DNA of 64,000 bases. It comes from the human T2T-CHM13v2.0 reference genome, Homo sapiens. The stretch is from the NCBI RefSeq assembly GCF_009914755.1, contig NC_060935.1; one strand, 5' to 3'. Shown in pieces: positions 25,174-40,419 of the stretch. Position numbers and translations under genes: made by a program. Position 1 is the stretch's first letter, and the number at the start of each line of letters is the position of its first letter. The notes under the pieces were generated by a model that was not told the origin of the DNA, searched no databases, and saw only the letters and a program-made list of their open reading frames with translations.

Positions 25174-27399
25174 CTCTTAATTCTGCCCATGACTCTCCTC
25201 CAGCCTATACTTTTTAGCATTTTCTCCAGAGACCAAGTAAACACTGTAATTATTTCTGCTATAGTATTTTACAGGATTGTTATTCCTTTAGATTGACTTT
25301 ACACAGAGACTGGACTTTATTGGGTGCCAGTTATATTTAGTATACTGCCATGTAGACCTTGATTTTCAAATTAATGAGTTGATATGTAACATCTATCTCT
25401 CTTTTGGCTGTTAGCAACAGCTGGGCAAAGAGGAAGAAAAAAGAGGGTGAGAGAACTGAAGGTTAGTAGATACTGGTTTAAATCCTCCAATTTCTCAATT
25501 ATTAGAAGAAGCTAGTTGTATTTATAGGTTTTGACAGCTCTAGCATCGGGTAATAGTTCAGGTGATTATAGTATATTTGATTATACTATAGTTTTATTAC
25601 AAACACTGTAACACAAAGAAATGATTTTCTCAGTGTTGCATATGTGAGGTAAGCATACTTCTAAATAATAAAGAAAAATAATGTCTATGGTAGGAAAGTC
25701 AAGAGTTGGGAGGAAATTTGGTGGACAGGAAATCACTTATTAGTAAGAGTGCTTAGAAACCTTTCAGTTATTGAAGATTTGATACGTTGACCTAAACTCT
25801 GTTCTTACCTCCATCTTATCAGAAGTTATCAACTCAGTCTTTTGTGTATTCCTTTTCCTACATCAATGTATCTCAAATTTGACCATTAAGCTCAAAGTAG
25901 AATAAGATTCATTCTGTGGGTTTCTATTTCTGTAGAATAAAAGATATGCCTGTCAATATTGGGGAATTGCATGGGTGTTAGCACAAAAAGAAAGGGAAGT
26001 TTTCTGTCTTTAATATGTATAGTCAGGACCCAAGCTTCAAGAGTTATGAATGCCCTTATTCTCCTCTTCATTTGTCACCAATTGATGGCAGCAGATTTAA
26101 CAAGTAGGCCAAACACCTCAGGAGCATTTTAAAAGCTATTTTGTTATTCCAGGATTTCGGGCAAGAATCCCTGCGGACTTGCAAGATCAGGAAGGAGAAA
26201 AATGGTCTGAAGTCATAGAGGATGGGTGTTGTAAACTGTCACTGTTAAATCTAAGATCCGTACTTCATTTAGACACTGAGTTTGAAAGCTTTTTTACATC
26301 ATGACAAAAACATGTTTCCTATATATTAAGTGTCTGTCGATGAAGAGTGTTGAATGCAGATGCGATTTTGACCCTTGTTTGGGCTTTCTAATGACTACAG
26401 CACAATTGGAAGAAGGAGGTGAAAACAATTCAGAACTTTCTATTTATAATTTTAGAGACATGAGGAACATAAAAACCCTTTAACATTGTCTTATAATTTA
26501 GCAAATGATTTAATTAAAGGAATTTGTTTTCTTTTAAAATAATCTTCATGTTATAGTTTCCCTGCATCTTTAAAATGCAGAGATATTCTGCAGGTTCTGA
26601 AAAGTACTCTTGGTCAAGGGAAGAATAATCATTATTTTTTATATTGGATCATTAGTGATTCAGAGTTTTGCAATCATTCAGGGAACAACACAGGATTAGC
26701 AAGATATGAATTCAGCAGGGGATTAAGCAGAAAGCCTAATCACTTGCCAGAGTTGAATGAATCTTGAATCTTTCTGGAGGTTGAAAACTATTTGATTAAC
26801 TCATTAAAAATTATTTTCAGCCCTTGCAGATGTTTCCCAAGAGGAAGCATTATGATTCCATTATAAGCTAGAGTCTCTATGTTAGAAATTCTATTTTGTT
26901 ATCCTGTTAGCCAGGTGCCTACTATCATAGGTATCAAATATTTCTTGTTGGGAAGGTTTGGATACAACAAGCAAACAATCTAAATTCCAATAACTACAGT
27001 ATCTGGCAAGAAGAATTATCAAGTTAGACAGAAGGAGATCATGAATGATAGACAAAATATTTCATTCTTTTCTTTTTTCCAAAATGGAAATTGTTAATTT
27101 ACTCTAATAATTAGAAAAGTATTTTATTCTCATTGTAAACAATTAATTCATTACAGAAAAAATAGAATAAGGTGTATAAAAATGGGCTGTTTTACATAAA
27201 GTTAGACATGCTTAACAAGTTGGTTTCTAAAAATACAGACAAGTAAATATTAATTAAAAAACTGAGGGTCCCAATATACATTCTTAGTTGCCACCTTCTT
27301 TTTTTAACCAAATAATTTTTCTAAATACCTCTTCAGCCTTATAGATTTACACAATTGTTGTAAATCATGGGATATTTTGTCATTGATCGAATACATAAC

Positions 27400-27715
27400 G
27401 ATATACCATAGTGTTTAAATGCATGCATTTTGGAGTCAGATAAACCCAAATTTGAGTCTGGACTCTGCTAATTAAAAACTAGATATTCTTGCATTTAGCT
27501 TTATCGCTTTAAGTCACAGTCTGTCGTTTATGTATCTGTTTTGTTTTATTGTTTTTAACTGCAGAAGAAGACAAGAGAGATAATAGCAATAACACCTAAT
27601 TTGTATGTTTTTTATTGTGAGGATGGAATGAGATAAATAAGTGCCATGAATAGTGTGCCCAACATTTGACTCATTGCATGGGCTCAACAAATGTTACGTA
27701 TTATCATTGTCATAA
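27400..27715 (+). mobile_element. MIR SINE
   Basis: tttggagtcagataaaccc...gtgaggatggaatgagataa...ctcaacaaatgttacgtattat. Confidence 0.65.
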
Positions 27716-28930
27716 TTCATTTAGCTAATCCTCTATTGCTTAATGTTTGGATTGTTTTCTATTTTCTCTGTTCTAATACTTTGAAGAATCCCTGTGAAAT
27801 CAAATTTATGAAGTCATTATTTCTCTAGAATCAATTATTGAAAGTGAATTCCAAGGTGTCAGGATTTTTTTTTTGTTTTTAGAATTTTTATTATTTAGCC
27901 AAATTTTCTGCATCCTATAAAGGTGAAACAATTAAAAATCCTATTAGCATTATAGGAGAGAAGGATTTGTTTTACTCCATTTGAAGAGTTAAGATGGTAA
28001 TTTTTTGATGATGAGCTGTGTAGGTGAGAAAAATCTTCAGGACATTTCAAGCCACTAAAATACTCCTTTAATGGCCTTAAAAGATTTTGAAATCCCTTTG
28101 AAAACATTTAAAAACACAACAAAAGTCATGCTCCTTGCTAAACAATTTCCAGAGAAACAGATATTTTATATCCCTCCAACAAAATAATCATTTTTACAAT
28201 TCAGTAGTGCTATTTTGAGTTCTGTTACTGAATTGAATATAATAATTCTAATGTTTGTAAAGAAAAGCTATATCCCTTACAAGGGTCTATGAATATCACA
28301 GTGGTGCAAGGCTTACAGCAGAAAGAGAACAAATTGGAACCAGATGAAATTGGGCTCATATTCTGGGCTAATATGTATTTATTAGTTGTGCAAACATTAA
28401 AAGCACTATCAAATATTTCTGATATCTCATATACTCATCCCTACGTAAAGATAATTACACCCTCATGAACATTTCTTTACATTTGCTGATTCAATAGCTC
28501 TCCTCTGTTTTTTAACAGAATTCCTCTTTCTTTGGGAAAGTGCTCCTTCCCACTTAACATGGTCTCCAAGGGTCTGTCTATTGCCATACTCTTCTAGTCC
28601 AGGGGTATAGAATTTTTCATGCCGCTTAGATTTCATTAATCTTAGTGTCTATCTCCCTAGCCACAAAGTTTCTCACAGTGATGGTACATGGCTCAAGCCA
28701 GGCCAACCAGCATCTTCCTAGTTTTTCAGATGATTTAAGCCTGTAACTCCAAGTTGTCCATTCTATTCTGCAGTGTAAGAAATAAGGAATAATGCTACAT
28801 CATGAAGAGAAAGAGAGGTTGAGGAAGACAGAAACAAAAGTTTCTGAGACTCACATTCTTTAAGGGGTATTAACATTCCTAGAATTCTCAACTATATGAG
28901 GCTCTCAATGCTCATTTATGTTTAAAACAC

Positions 28931-29346
28931 TGTCTTCATCTATTTTCTGTTGCTTATTTCAGAATACCTGAAACTAGGTAGTTTATAGGTTAAAGGGATT
29001 TATTTCTTATGGAGGCAGAAATGTGGTCAAGGGGCCACATTTGATGAGGGCCTTCTTGCTGGTAGTATCTCCGTAGACAGTCCTGAGATGACACAGGGCA
29101 TCACATGGTGAGGGGACTGAGTGTGCTAACATGCTATGCTCAGTTCTCTTTTTCTTCTTATAAATCCACCATGATACTCCATTAATCCACTAATGCTTTA
29201 AATCATTAATCCATAAGTGGATTAATCCATTCATGAAGGCAGAGTCCTTATGATCTAATCATCTCTTAAAGATCTTACTTCTCAATACTGCCACATTGGG
29301 GATTAAGTTTCAACATGAGTTTAGAGGGAACATTGAAACCATAGCA
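28931..29346 (-). mobile_element. MST-type (MSTB/C) MaLR solo LTR
   Basis: tgtctt...catcacatggtgagggg...ttaatccattcatga...ggggattaagtttcaacatgag...aaaccatagca. Confidence 0.88.
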
Positions 29347-30744
29347 CATGGCTTGTGTTATGACTTTGTCACTTGCAACATAAAGGGTCTTAGTAAAAAA
29401 ATCTATCCCATGGGGTGCTGTATGTGTTGATTGAGATATAGTATTTAAAGTAGCCAGCATAGGACCTTCCATATAAAAGTCCCTTTCTTTTCTTATTAAA
29501 ATTCTTATTTATTTTTAACAGCTGTCAATGTCCAATGAGAATGTGGGTGTAGGATGAAGAATAAATAGTTCAGCACCCTTCCTTTAAGTTCTTTCTAAAA
29601 CTCTCGGATGGCTTAGACAACAATTAAATGTTGACTTGACTTGGTAAGAAAATCTAGTCTTTATTTTCCCCTCCTCAGTTCTCAATGATTTAGCAATTAA
29701 AGCTTTACTACTTTCATATTATATCCTGGCAATGTTAAGTATACTTAGAATTTAAAGAAAAGGCTGGACTTGAGTAGAAATATTCATTAAAGAAACCAAA
29801 GGAACAATAACTACAAGTGACAGCAAAGGGAAGTCGAATGATATAACGAATTTCCCCTAGAATTCCAGTGCTGATGCTGCCCTTAGTGGGATGATCTCAA
29901 CAAACCTCATTTAACCTCCCTGGACTCCAGTTGTAGAAGGAGAGAATTGATAAATGATCCTTTCTGGTGCCAACACTTAATGTTATGATTTTGTGTAGCA
30001 GCAAACCATGTGGACCTTCCAACTTGCTGTGTCATTAAAAGGTTGGTATATTTTCACTCTTCAGACATCCGACAAGATATAATTACAAAAGAACTACATT
30101 TCCATGTATTCCTATGGTGATTATAGGTGAATGAAGAAAGGCAACTAAGTCTAGCCAGGAGCTTAAGTTGTGAGTTGCTAAGTGACTTTGGACAAATCAC
30201 TTCCTTCTTGGGCCTTTATTTGTTTTGATTGAAAACAGTGGTCTTTATTATATTTCTACCAAAGAACCCTCTGCAAATGACATGACTGTAGATTCTGCTG
30301 GTTCTAACAGGAATGGAGGGTGAAAGCCTCACCCACTCAGACTCTCCCTGTTCCTGGCTAAGGTCTCTGAGTCATCCCACAGAGAGGAGGATCTCTCAGA
30401 AATGTGTTTTCACAAATAGAGAGTCACTTCCATTATACAATTCCATAACATCATGAGTAAAAAACTGATTTGGCTCATTTTATTCTTGTGTTCTTTATTA
30501 GAATAAGGCAGCCTACAAAAAATTTAAATGTAGTACTTTCTCAAAATTGAGCTTAAATAGATTATTTTTAAATAGGGATGTCTAAGAGTATCTTATTTAT
30601 ATTATAATGTCCTAGGCCAAAGTTTTAAAGCTATAATAATCAAAGATTAGTTTTGCTTATTTGTATTTTCTTTTTATTGCTGTTTATACTAAACATTCTC
30701 ACTTAAGAATCGCTTTTGGAATGAATAACGTATGATGCCATGTT

Positions 30745-30857
30745 TAGGGTAACCAACAATTCCAGTTTCCCTGGGACTGCCCTGGTTTTAGTGCTGAAAG
30801 TCCCTAATCCCAGGAAATTTTTTAGTTCTGGGATAACCGGAAGAGTAGGTCACCATT
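30745..30857. mobile_element. MER81 hAT-Blackjack MITE
   Basis: tagggtaaccaac...ggttttagtgctgaaagtccc...ggtcacc; terminal inverted repeats; ~113 bp. Confidence 0.8.
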
Positions 30858-31160
30858 GTCAATCATCTTGTTGGACTAGAAAGCAATTTTTGAAAATTGA
30901 TTGACCACATTGTAATTGAAAAATAATGAAGGTGATGACCCAAAGAAAAAAAAAAGGGATATGTACCCTCTTCTGGCTTAACCTGGCACATGAGCCAAAC
31001 CCACTCATTCTGTCTTACTGCTGGGCTGCACCTCTATCTTGCACTCTGCTCTGGGCTCACCCTCAGGGCATTGGGTACCATCACAAGTCCTAGGATTCTT
31101 CTGCCTAGGACTCATCCACTTCTACTTGCCTGTATTACGGTCAAGGCAAAACTGTAACTC

Positions 31161-31676
31161 TGGATTAATTTTCCATTGCTGCTGCCACAAATTACACCAA
31201 ATGTAGTTGCTTAAAACAGTGCAAAAGTATTATCTTACCATTCCGGAGATCAGAGGTTTATCATGGACATCACAGGGTTAAAATCAAGGTGTTAGCAGGG
31301 CTACATTCCTTCTGGAGGCTCTAGGAAAGGCTCTGCCCTCTTACATTCACCAGTTTCTTGATATCACCTGTTATTTCTGACTTGTGGTGTCCTACTCCAT
31401 CTTCAAAGCCAGCACTGTTGCATCTCTCTGTGTCTTTCTTCCATGGTCACCTTTCCCTTCTACTTCCCTCTTTCCCCTTTAAGAACTCTTGTAACTATTA
31501 CATTGGACCTACCTGGATAATCCAAGGTAAACTTCCTATTTTAAGGTCAACTGATTAGGAACCTTAATTTCATCTACAACCTTAATGCCTCTATGCTATA
31601 TAGTATAATATATTCACAGGCTCCACGGGATTAGAATGTGGATATGTTTGAGGGCGCCATTAATCTGCTTACCACA
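31161..31676 (-). mobile_element. MLT1D-like solo LTR
   Basis: attgctgctgccacaaattac...tggaggctctagg...gggattagaatgtgga...ctgcttaccaca. Confidence 0.85.
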
Positions 31677-31742
31677 CTATGTATCAAATTATTTAATGCT
31701 CACTCGTTAAGATTAGGAAGCAAGGTTTACAGTTATCACTGA

Positions 31743-32200
<458 letters not shown>

Positions 32201-32857
32201 TCCACAAATATATGTTGAACTTAATATAGTTTATAGATCTTTCATCAAATAATCAGTTACATGCTAGGTGGCTTGAGAATCCAGGAGATACACTCTGTTG
32301 GGCAGAAATGATTCCTGAATGAAAAACTGTAAGTGAGATAAATTTTGTGATATACTTTATAAAGCATAGTTTAGAGAAGACAGAGTATCAGTGAAGGCTG
32401 ATGTTTACTAGAAAGTCACACGGAAGAGTTGGGAAACTGAAAATAACATAATAGTACAGCAAAATTTAAATAAAAATGCTGATAATTTCCCACAAATTAA
32501 ATCACATTTCATTTTCTTCTAGCCATATTCAAATACATAAATATTACAAGGCTGATGATAGTATTTTGTGTCCTGCTTTCTTTACTGAAAATATAAGCGT
32601 CTTCATGTTCTGTCACGATTTTCATAATTATTTCAACAACCATTACATAGTCTCTAGTTGAACAATATTGATGTGGCTTCCAAAATTCACCAAGCATAAA
32701 TGATACTGAAAAGCATCTGAACCATGGCTCTTCATTTTTTAATGCTGGCTATATTATTAATCCAGTTTCAGAAGTGAGTAGATGGATGTCCTTTAGGTAA
32801 ATTGAAGTATGGTTGCCTGGGGAAGTCAAAGGAACAAAATGAGACCATATGCAGGTC

Positions 32858-33362
32858 TGTAGTGGCTGAATGATGGCTCCCCAAAGATGTCAACGTCCTA
32901 ATTCCCAAACTGTGGATGTGACCGTATATGGCCAAAAAGACTTTGCAGACATAATTAAATTAAGGATCTTGAGATAGGGAGATTATCATAAATTATCTGG
33001 GTGGGTCCAATGTAGTCACAAGTCTCCTTAGAAACTGGAGGCAGGGGAGTCAGTCCAAGGAAATGATGTGATTTCAGGGGCAGAGTCTGTTAACAGAAGG
33101 CGACAACACTGTGCAGCCGCCTTTGAAGATGGACAAAGGGGGCACTAGCCAAGAAATGCATATGACTCCTAGAAATTGGCAAAGGCAAGGAAATGAATTC
33201 TCCTCTAGAGCCTTCAGAAGGAAAAAGCCTGTTAGCATCTTTTTGGCCCAGTGAGACTGATTTTAGACTTCTCACACCTAGAACTTTGAAACAATAAATT
33301 TGTGTTGCTTTAAGCCACTAAGTTTGTGGTAACGTATCATAGTGGCAACTGGAAACTAATAA
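32858..33362 (+). mobile_element. MLT1D-like solo LTR
   Basis: tgtagtggctgaatgatggctccccaaagatgtc...ctttaagccactaagtttgtggtaa...ggaaactaata. Confidence 0.88.
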
Positions 33363-36300
33363 AAGGCCATATACCAGGCCATAGAGTTAGGAATGAGAAT
33401 GGCATCATTTGGATATTGAAGAGCAGCCCTCTCTGAGCAGGGTATTCACATTGAAGAAGTAGGTTCACAGAAGGTAAAGGTGAGGTGGAAGCAGTGGGTG
33501 AATATTTGGCAACAGACTGATGGTCTCAAGTCCAAACTCTGCTATAAACTCAAGTAACTTAATAAGTTGTTTTGCAAAAGAGGAAAAATGCAATTAACCT
33601 TCTGGACATTTTTGAAAATTAGAATATTACAATAGTTAAAAGCATGGATCTTGTAGCTTTAGCAAGCTTAGCTCAAGTCCTTTGGTTCAACTGTCAATTA
33701 CTAATTATGTGGATTTGACTGTGTTACTTACCTCTCAAAGTTATTTCCACATTTCTAAAATAATGTTACTAATTGAGCCTCCTTCATGTGGTTGTTAGGA
33801 AGATTGTATGTAGATAGTGCAATATCATGTATGCAGTGCAATAAATAAATGTGTATATTGAATCGATGGTCAATACATGCCAAGTCCCAACATCTGGGAG
33901 TGTGCACAAGTGTTCATTCATTTATTCAGGAGTTATTTATTAAATTTCCACCCTGTATTAGGCACTTTAAAAGGTCTCAGGCTGCAATGAGACATAATAG
34001 ACAGGTCCCCTGCCCTTGTAGAACATATGTAATGGTTTCCTTTCTTTCTTTTTTGAAAATGAGTGAGATTTTCAGCATTTTCCAATGATCTCACCTTACT
34101 GAAGTCACTACTTCAATCTGAAGTGAGAAGCTCCTCTATGATAAATTCTATTTATGGTTTTGGGGAGCTGTCACGGTAACAAGCCACCCTTTTAGGCTGC
34201 ATGGTGTCACTGCTCCTTGATAATATAACTACCACCTCCAGTTGGCACTAGGTTAATGACATATTAGAGAAAATGACTTTCAAGAATTTCTCATTTATGA
34301 TGTAAGCCAGAAAAAAATATTTCCTTTGCTGAAGTTCCTGGCACTTCCCTAAAACACTTAATAATTAACCTTTCTTACAAAAAATAACGTGGCAGTTAGA
34401 AAAGCACAGAGATATTTATTTTCACTCCCCATAGGACTAAGAAAGGTAGTGATCAGGCTGGCCTGAAGAGATCATACTGTTATAATGAAAGAAGGCTCAA
34501 CTAGTAGGGGGTATAATAAATGTAAGCCCGAAGTAAATGAATCATTATAAAATATACACTCCATCTCCACAATGAGTCTATTTCATTAAAATAATCTCTG
34601 GAATAATGTCGTCCTCTCTTGGCTTTCTCCTACTGTGAATCTATCCATGATTTCACCATTACAAATCTTGTACCCTGAGGACATATTTGTAATAAGAATG
34701 AAGGGTTTGGTTATTTGCTTTTAATAACTATGCCTCTCAAATCCTCCTTAATGCAGCAGAGATTCTGTTTGGAAGAACATGCCAGAATTATTGAAGGATC
34801 AATCAATATTGGCAATTAATCATAATCACAGCTGGTAATCATAGCTGCAATTACCAATTGATTAATTAGGACAGCTCTTGAAATGCCAGCAGAAATTTAG
34901 TTTCATATTAGATTCAGCCCAATAACCATAAACTTCTACAATTACTTTTCAGCTTACCATTATTTATGTCATATTTCTTTCTATTATTAGCTGCTATATT
35001 TATTTATTCATCATTTTATTTGAGCAGGCCAAACTCTTTTACTGTCTTTTTATGGTAGAAATCTATTAAAATATGTTTAAGTCATAGCATTAAATAAATC
35101 TAGTGTCAGTGCTAAGCAAATATTTGCAAATTTAGGACATCTATTTGCATTGCTTTCCAGGCCAAGAATTATTTTTTTGCCAAAAAACAGAATTCAAATA
35201 TATTCTCCATATTGTAAATTGGATAACATCAGTACATTAAATTTATGTGTGCAAAGAGTTATGTGGTTTATTAACCCACTTTTGCAGGCTTCATAGACGA
35301 AATTTTACACAGCTTTTTTTTTTAATGATAAGCCTATGATCCAGATGAACCACAACCCCCTAATCTGATCTTCAATTATGACATGCTAAGAATATACGTT
35401 AAGGAAATTAGGAAAAATCTAATGTAAATAGAGCAGGGGATCTGCTTAAGAAATTCAGCGTATGTTCACTTATTTGTTTTAAAATTGTGAATTGTATAAA
35501 GCCAGTGTAAATCACCACTACTTCACTCATACTTTGATTCAACAAACAGCTTTTAAATACTCACTATATGCAAAACAACATGCTAGGCACTGAAGGAGAT
35601 AAGAGAGAAATGAAGCTTGTTTTCTTATCTTGAGTCCATGGTCCAATAAAGGAGATGAGATATGGACCCCTGCATAAGAACAAGAGTCACTCATGCAGAT
35701 GAACAGAAAGAACAGAATTTTAAAAAGTAAAATATGGAAAAAAAGACATTTATCAAGATTTACCATTTTTATAGGCCTTCTGTTTCTTTAAATCTATTTG
35801 CAGAATCAAAGATACAGTTTTACTCATCTGCATTTCAAATTTATCTTTATTCAAAGATTTACTCTCTTTTCCAAGTCTCTGTGTTCAAATCCTTCTAATT
35901 TGTCAGCATTAATTTGTTATTAACTTGATCTTGTATTTCATTCACAATTTCTTAACTGCTAATTGCAAAAATTGATGGAATAAAATAATCCTACTTTCAT
36001 CAGACGCATAAAACCCAGGAACATCTAACCATATATGCTCAACAGATTAAGTTGATAATCATTAAACTGAAGTAAATAATAAACAAGTTTTTAGTTGCAT
36101 ATGTTCTATTTTGTTGTTGAGCTTCCAATAGTTAATGAAGAGACATATTTTGTGTGGCTCACACTGTCTGGATTTGTACCATATGTTCATCCATGTGATG
36201 AAGGCATGCTCTATGTAAGTAACTAATTCTCCCTCAACCCCACTCCATTTGCAGCTAGCTACAAACTGCTGTGCTGTGCAGAAAATGTTCACTCATCTTC

Positions 36301-37828
36301 AAAGAGGTTAATTCAAACTGGGAAACAGGAGCTGTTGCTAACTAATAGACATTTATGAAGGCTACATTAGGGTGGAAATTTTGATAGCATTTTGTATTAC
36401 ATCCATATTAATAGCAAATTACCTTAGCATGGATAATAGCATTCCACAATGAACACCCAAGGAATTAGGTACTATTAGTTTTGTCCTCAAAAGCACTGTC
36501 TGCTTCTAAAGAAGTGAATTCTGAAAAATGGACGCCATGGGACTCATACATCCTTAGATATTCCAGTGCTCCCAACCCACTCTGAGTTCTATCATTACAG
36601 CCTCCAGTCTGCTAGGCCATGCAAATCCCTATGCTCCTGGGAGAAGAGTAATAGGAGTCATACATTGTGTAAGTGCTGCTGATTCAACTCCCATTTCCCT
36701 CAATACAACTCAAGGAAATGTCCATTCAGTGAAACAATCTTTCAAAAAGAAAAGGAGAAGTGGCTGTTTTTAAACATCATCTTTTTAACAGATGAGATGT
36801 CACAGTCTCCTGGCAAGTGAATACTTCAGTGGCATAGTTCTTTGATTTGTAACAGTTATAAAACAGCTATTCCTAGAGCAGATTTAATTACGAGAGTAAG
36901 CAGTTTGGAGGGACTAATTCATATTGCAATGCTTTGGTTGGCACAAAAAATAAGGCTGTCATAACTAGCCCTACCTGCTCCCTCCAATTATGTTGTTGCA
37001 TATTCCACAGCAAGAGTTCCATTAGGTTATTAACTTCAGATAAAGCCAAAAAAAATGATCTGGGTAGACCTTGGCTGACCTGAACAGGTCTGAATTGTGA
37101 GTATGATGCACATATCAAAGACAGCTAAAGATGGGAGCTGAATATGTTAAGAAAGTTTGAGTGGCCCTGTCAATATGTCATATATTCCAAGTGTCATGGG
37201 AAAACACTGTGAGTATTATCTACAGATTAAAGCTTTTGATTTTAAAAAATTTATGTTGCAATAAACCAGAACAATTCATAACATCCCTTTAATAGCACAT
37301 TTATCAATGACATTAATGGTAATAATGATGGTAATAGCACAGCAAGGATGTTGGAGAAAAAATTTACCCCAAAGAGCTGGGAATACAAATTTTATCATTT
37401 GAGCCATCATAAAATACTTGTGTAGGTATCTTCCTTTCCTAGTAGAGAACACATAATTCTTAAAGAGCAAAGGCAGAAAAATTCTTGTTATCTCTTTATC
37501 CCAACATTTTTTTCCCTGTTTTGCTGAAGGATGGAGTGGATTATAATTCCTCTTTTACAGGTAGTCCCTTTGATGTACAAAGAAGTGCTCTACTCACCTC
37601 TTATGAGGCCTTTGACTTTAGAAGAAAAAAAGGTGCCTTTATTAAAGTTCAAACTTCACTTTCTGACCATATTGATCTCTCTCTCCTTCTGTCCTCCTAG
37701 CTACTGTCTTTCCTTGGCCTAATCCAACTGTAAGCCAGAGGCCAAAGACTTCAAGTAAAACAGTCTTCAGGGACCAGTCCCCTTGAGACCTCTACGGCAC
37801 AGAACAGGATAGAGAAAGGTGAAGAATG

Positions 37829-38196
<368 letters not shown>

Positions 38197-38477
38197 TCAG
38201 TGACTGTACCACCCAGGAGAAAGTGTGTAAATAGGGAGACACCAACATTAGTTATTTTATTGTTCTTAAAAGTATTTTTGTCATCATCATCATCATACAA
38301 AAAGGAAAAGGTCTTGATAACAAGTCATATTTTGTATGCCAACTTTAAATTTTTTTAAAATGTCAGGTCATATCGGCTGTCAGAATGAGTAAGAGTTCTT
38401 TATGATTTAGTAAGTTTGGTGTTTTGCTTGACAGGGCTGATACAGACACTTGGAAAGGACATCCAGGATTAATTACA

Positions 38478-38636
38478 TATTATTTATTTATTTAGAGGCA
38501 GAGTCTCACCTAGTTGACCAGGCTAGAGTTCAGTGGCACCATTATACCTCACTGTGGCCTCAAACTCCTGGGCTCAAGTGATTCTCCCACCTGCCAAGTA
38601 GCTGGGACTACAGTTGTGTACCACAGTAGCCAGCTC
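38478..38636 (-). mobile_element. Alu monomer (FLAM/FRAM or AluJ fragment)
   Basis: Single diverged arm: gagtctcac...ctcaaactcctgggctcaagtgattctcccacc. Confidence 0.85.
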
Positions 38637-39304
38637 CCAGATTCGTTATATTTCTATACCTTTGCATAACTATTTGACCCACACCACTTCTCACTTCTCC
38701 ACTTCTCCACTTCCTTCATTTGGCCTCATTCATTCACAAATATGCTGCTATTTAGTTGGCCTGGTACCATTCCTAGTTTCCAAACGGGTTCCCAGATAGT
38801 AAAGGAGCAAAGCTGTATAATTGGCAGGTGGATTCCATCAGATACTGAGCAGAGAGCCTACTTTTTTAATAAAAGTTGGATCAAGAGTCTTAAATTTGAC
38901 ATTCTTTAGGAGCCACCAATGCATTGGTCTTTCTTAAAACAAGATCTCCCTCCTCCATTTCTCCCATTCTAGATTTTCTTTCTGTGATCTTTTGTCTCTG
39001 TTCCCTCCTTCCTTTCCTCTTACAATTTATCAAATCTTGAAATTTCATAACAGATTGGGGTTTGCTTTAAAATCAAGCCCCTTTTCGGTTTTCTCTTGCT
39101 CTCTTATCCCAAAAAGAAAAGTTATATCTGTAGAGAAATGCAGTGTATCAGTCCTGATGAAGCAAACAATCTAGCAAAGCATATCTATATTATCCACTGG
39201 GATTATAGATTGAGTTTATGTCTCTGGTTGGGTCCACGTGTCCATATATCATTAAAAGAAAAAACTCTTCAGTTATCCTTTAAATGTTTTGCATGCCTAA
39301 AATA

Positions 39305-39700
39305 GACTATTAGGATAAGCTAAACTACTGGAACAAATGATACAAAATGTAAGAAGTCAAGAGCAATGAGATTATTTGTCCTTCACATAAAAATCTAGCA
39401 AATTTCCAAGTCAGTGTGGTTCAAGGCAGGGGGCTAGGGATCTGGAAGAGATTGCTTCATGCTGTTAGGAACAGATTTTGGTGGTTCTGCCGTCATCAGC
39501 CGTGGGTGTGTAAAGTCTCTGTGACTGCAATCATTACCTCTGTAGCTCATGAGAAAGGGGGAAGGCCACGTAGAAAGATTTTCATGAAAAAGGTTGAAAG
39601 TGATATACATCCTTCAGCTCAAATCCTATTGGAAAGAATTCAGTCACATGGTCACCTTTCACACAAAGGATGCTTGGAAATGTTCTACAGGTGGCATATG
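39305..39700 (-). mobile_element. Old MLT1 (J/K/L-like) LTR
   Basis: ttcagctcaaatcctattgg...agtcacatggtc...ggaaatgt motifs. Confidence 0.55.
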
Positions 39701-40011
39701 GCTTCCCAGGTCTCTAGGGAAAAAGAGTCTTTGTGTTTTATACACAAAACTGTTGATTGATTTAATGTTTTAAATTTATTCATTATAGTAAAATCTTGAG
39801 ACAAATAAGTGTGGAAAAGGCTGCGGAAGTTCTCCCTGTTTCCATTGTTTCTATTTTGCTTTCCATCTCCTTTTCTCTCTGTCTCCCCCACTTCCTTCCT
39901 CCTTCTTTGTGTGTAATACACACATAAACACACACATGCACACACACACACTTCTATTCACTCAAGGATAAATTTCTAAGATTATGAGATCAGATTATAT
40001 TTTGCTTTAAT

Positions 40012-40419
40012 CAGTGGTGTGACGCTTAATGTTTAACATCTAGATCTCACACACACACACATGAGAAAACCCCAGAGTTCACCTTGACTTGTAGCATTTG
40101 CCAATTTATGTGGTGTACTCTTCCCACAATGGCCTATTTTAGGTTATCAACATGATGCCACTACACGTGGAGTTGGAAAGGATGCGTAGTAGCACACCAT
40201 TATATATGTGGTCTATAATATGGGTTCAGTAGATATAAATAGCTTTAAAAGCAGTAAAATAATTGGAACATGAGAAGCTTTGAGTATTTATTACCTTTGC
40301 TTTTAATAAAAGTTTATATAATTTAAATTTTAATACTGGCTGTTTTTAACAACCAGCTCACACAATCTTGAAAATTTAATAATCAGCTCTCAGGCACAAT
40401 TAAGTCCAGCACAACACTG
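40012..40419. mobile_element. MER63-type hAT-Blackjack element
   Basis: Termini cagtggtgtg / cagcacaacactg; internal tagcatttgccaattt and gcacaccattatata. Confidence 0.75.
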
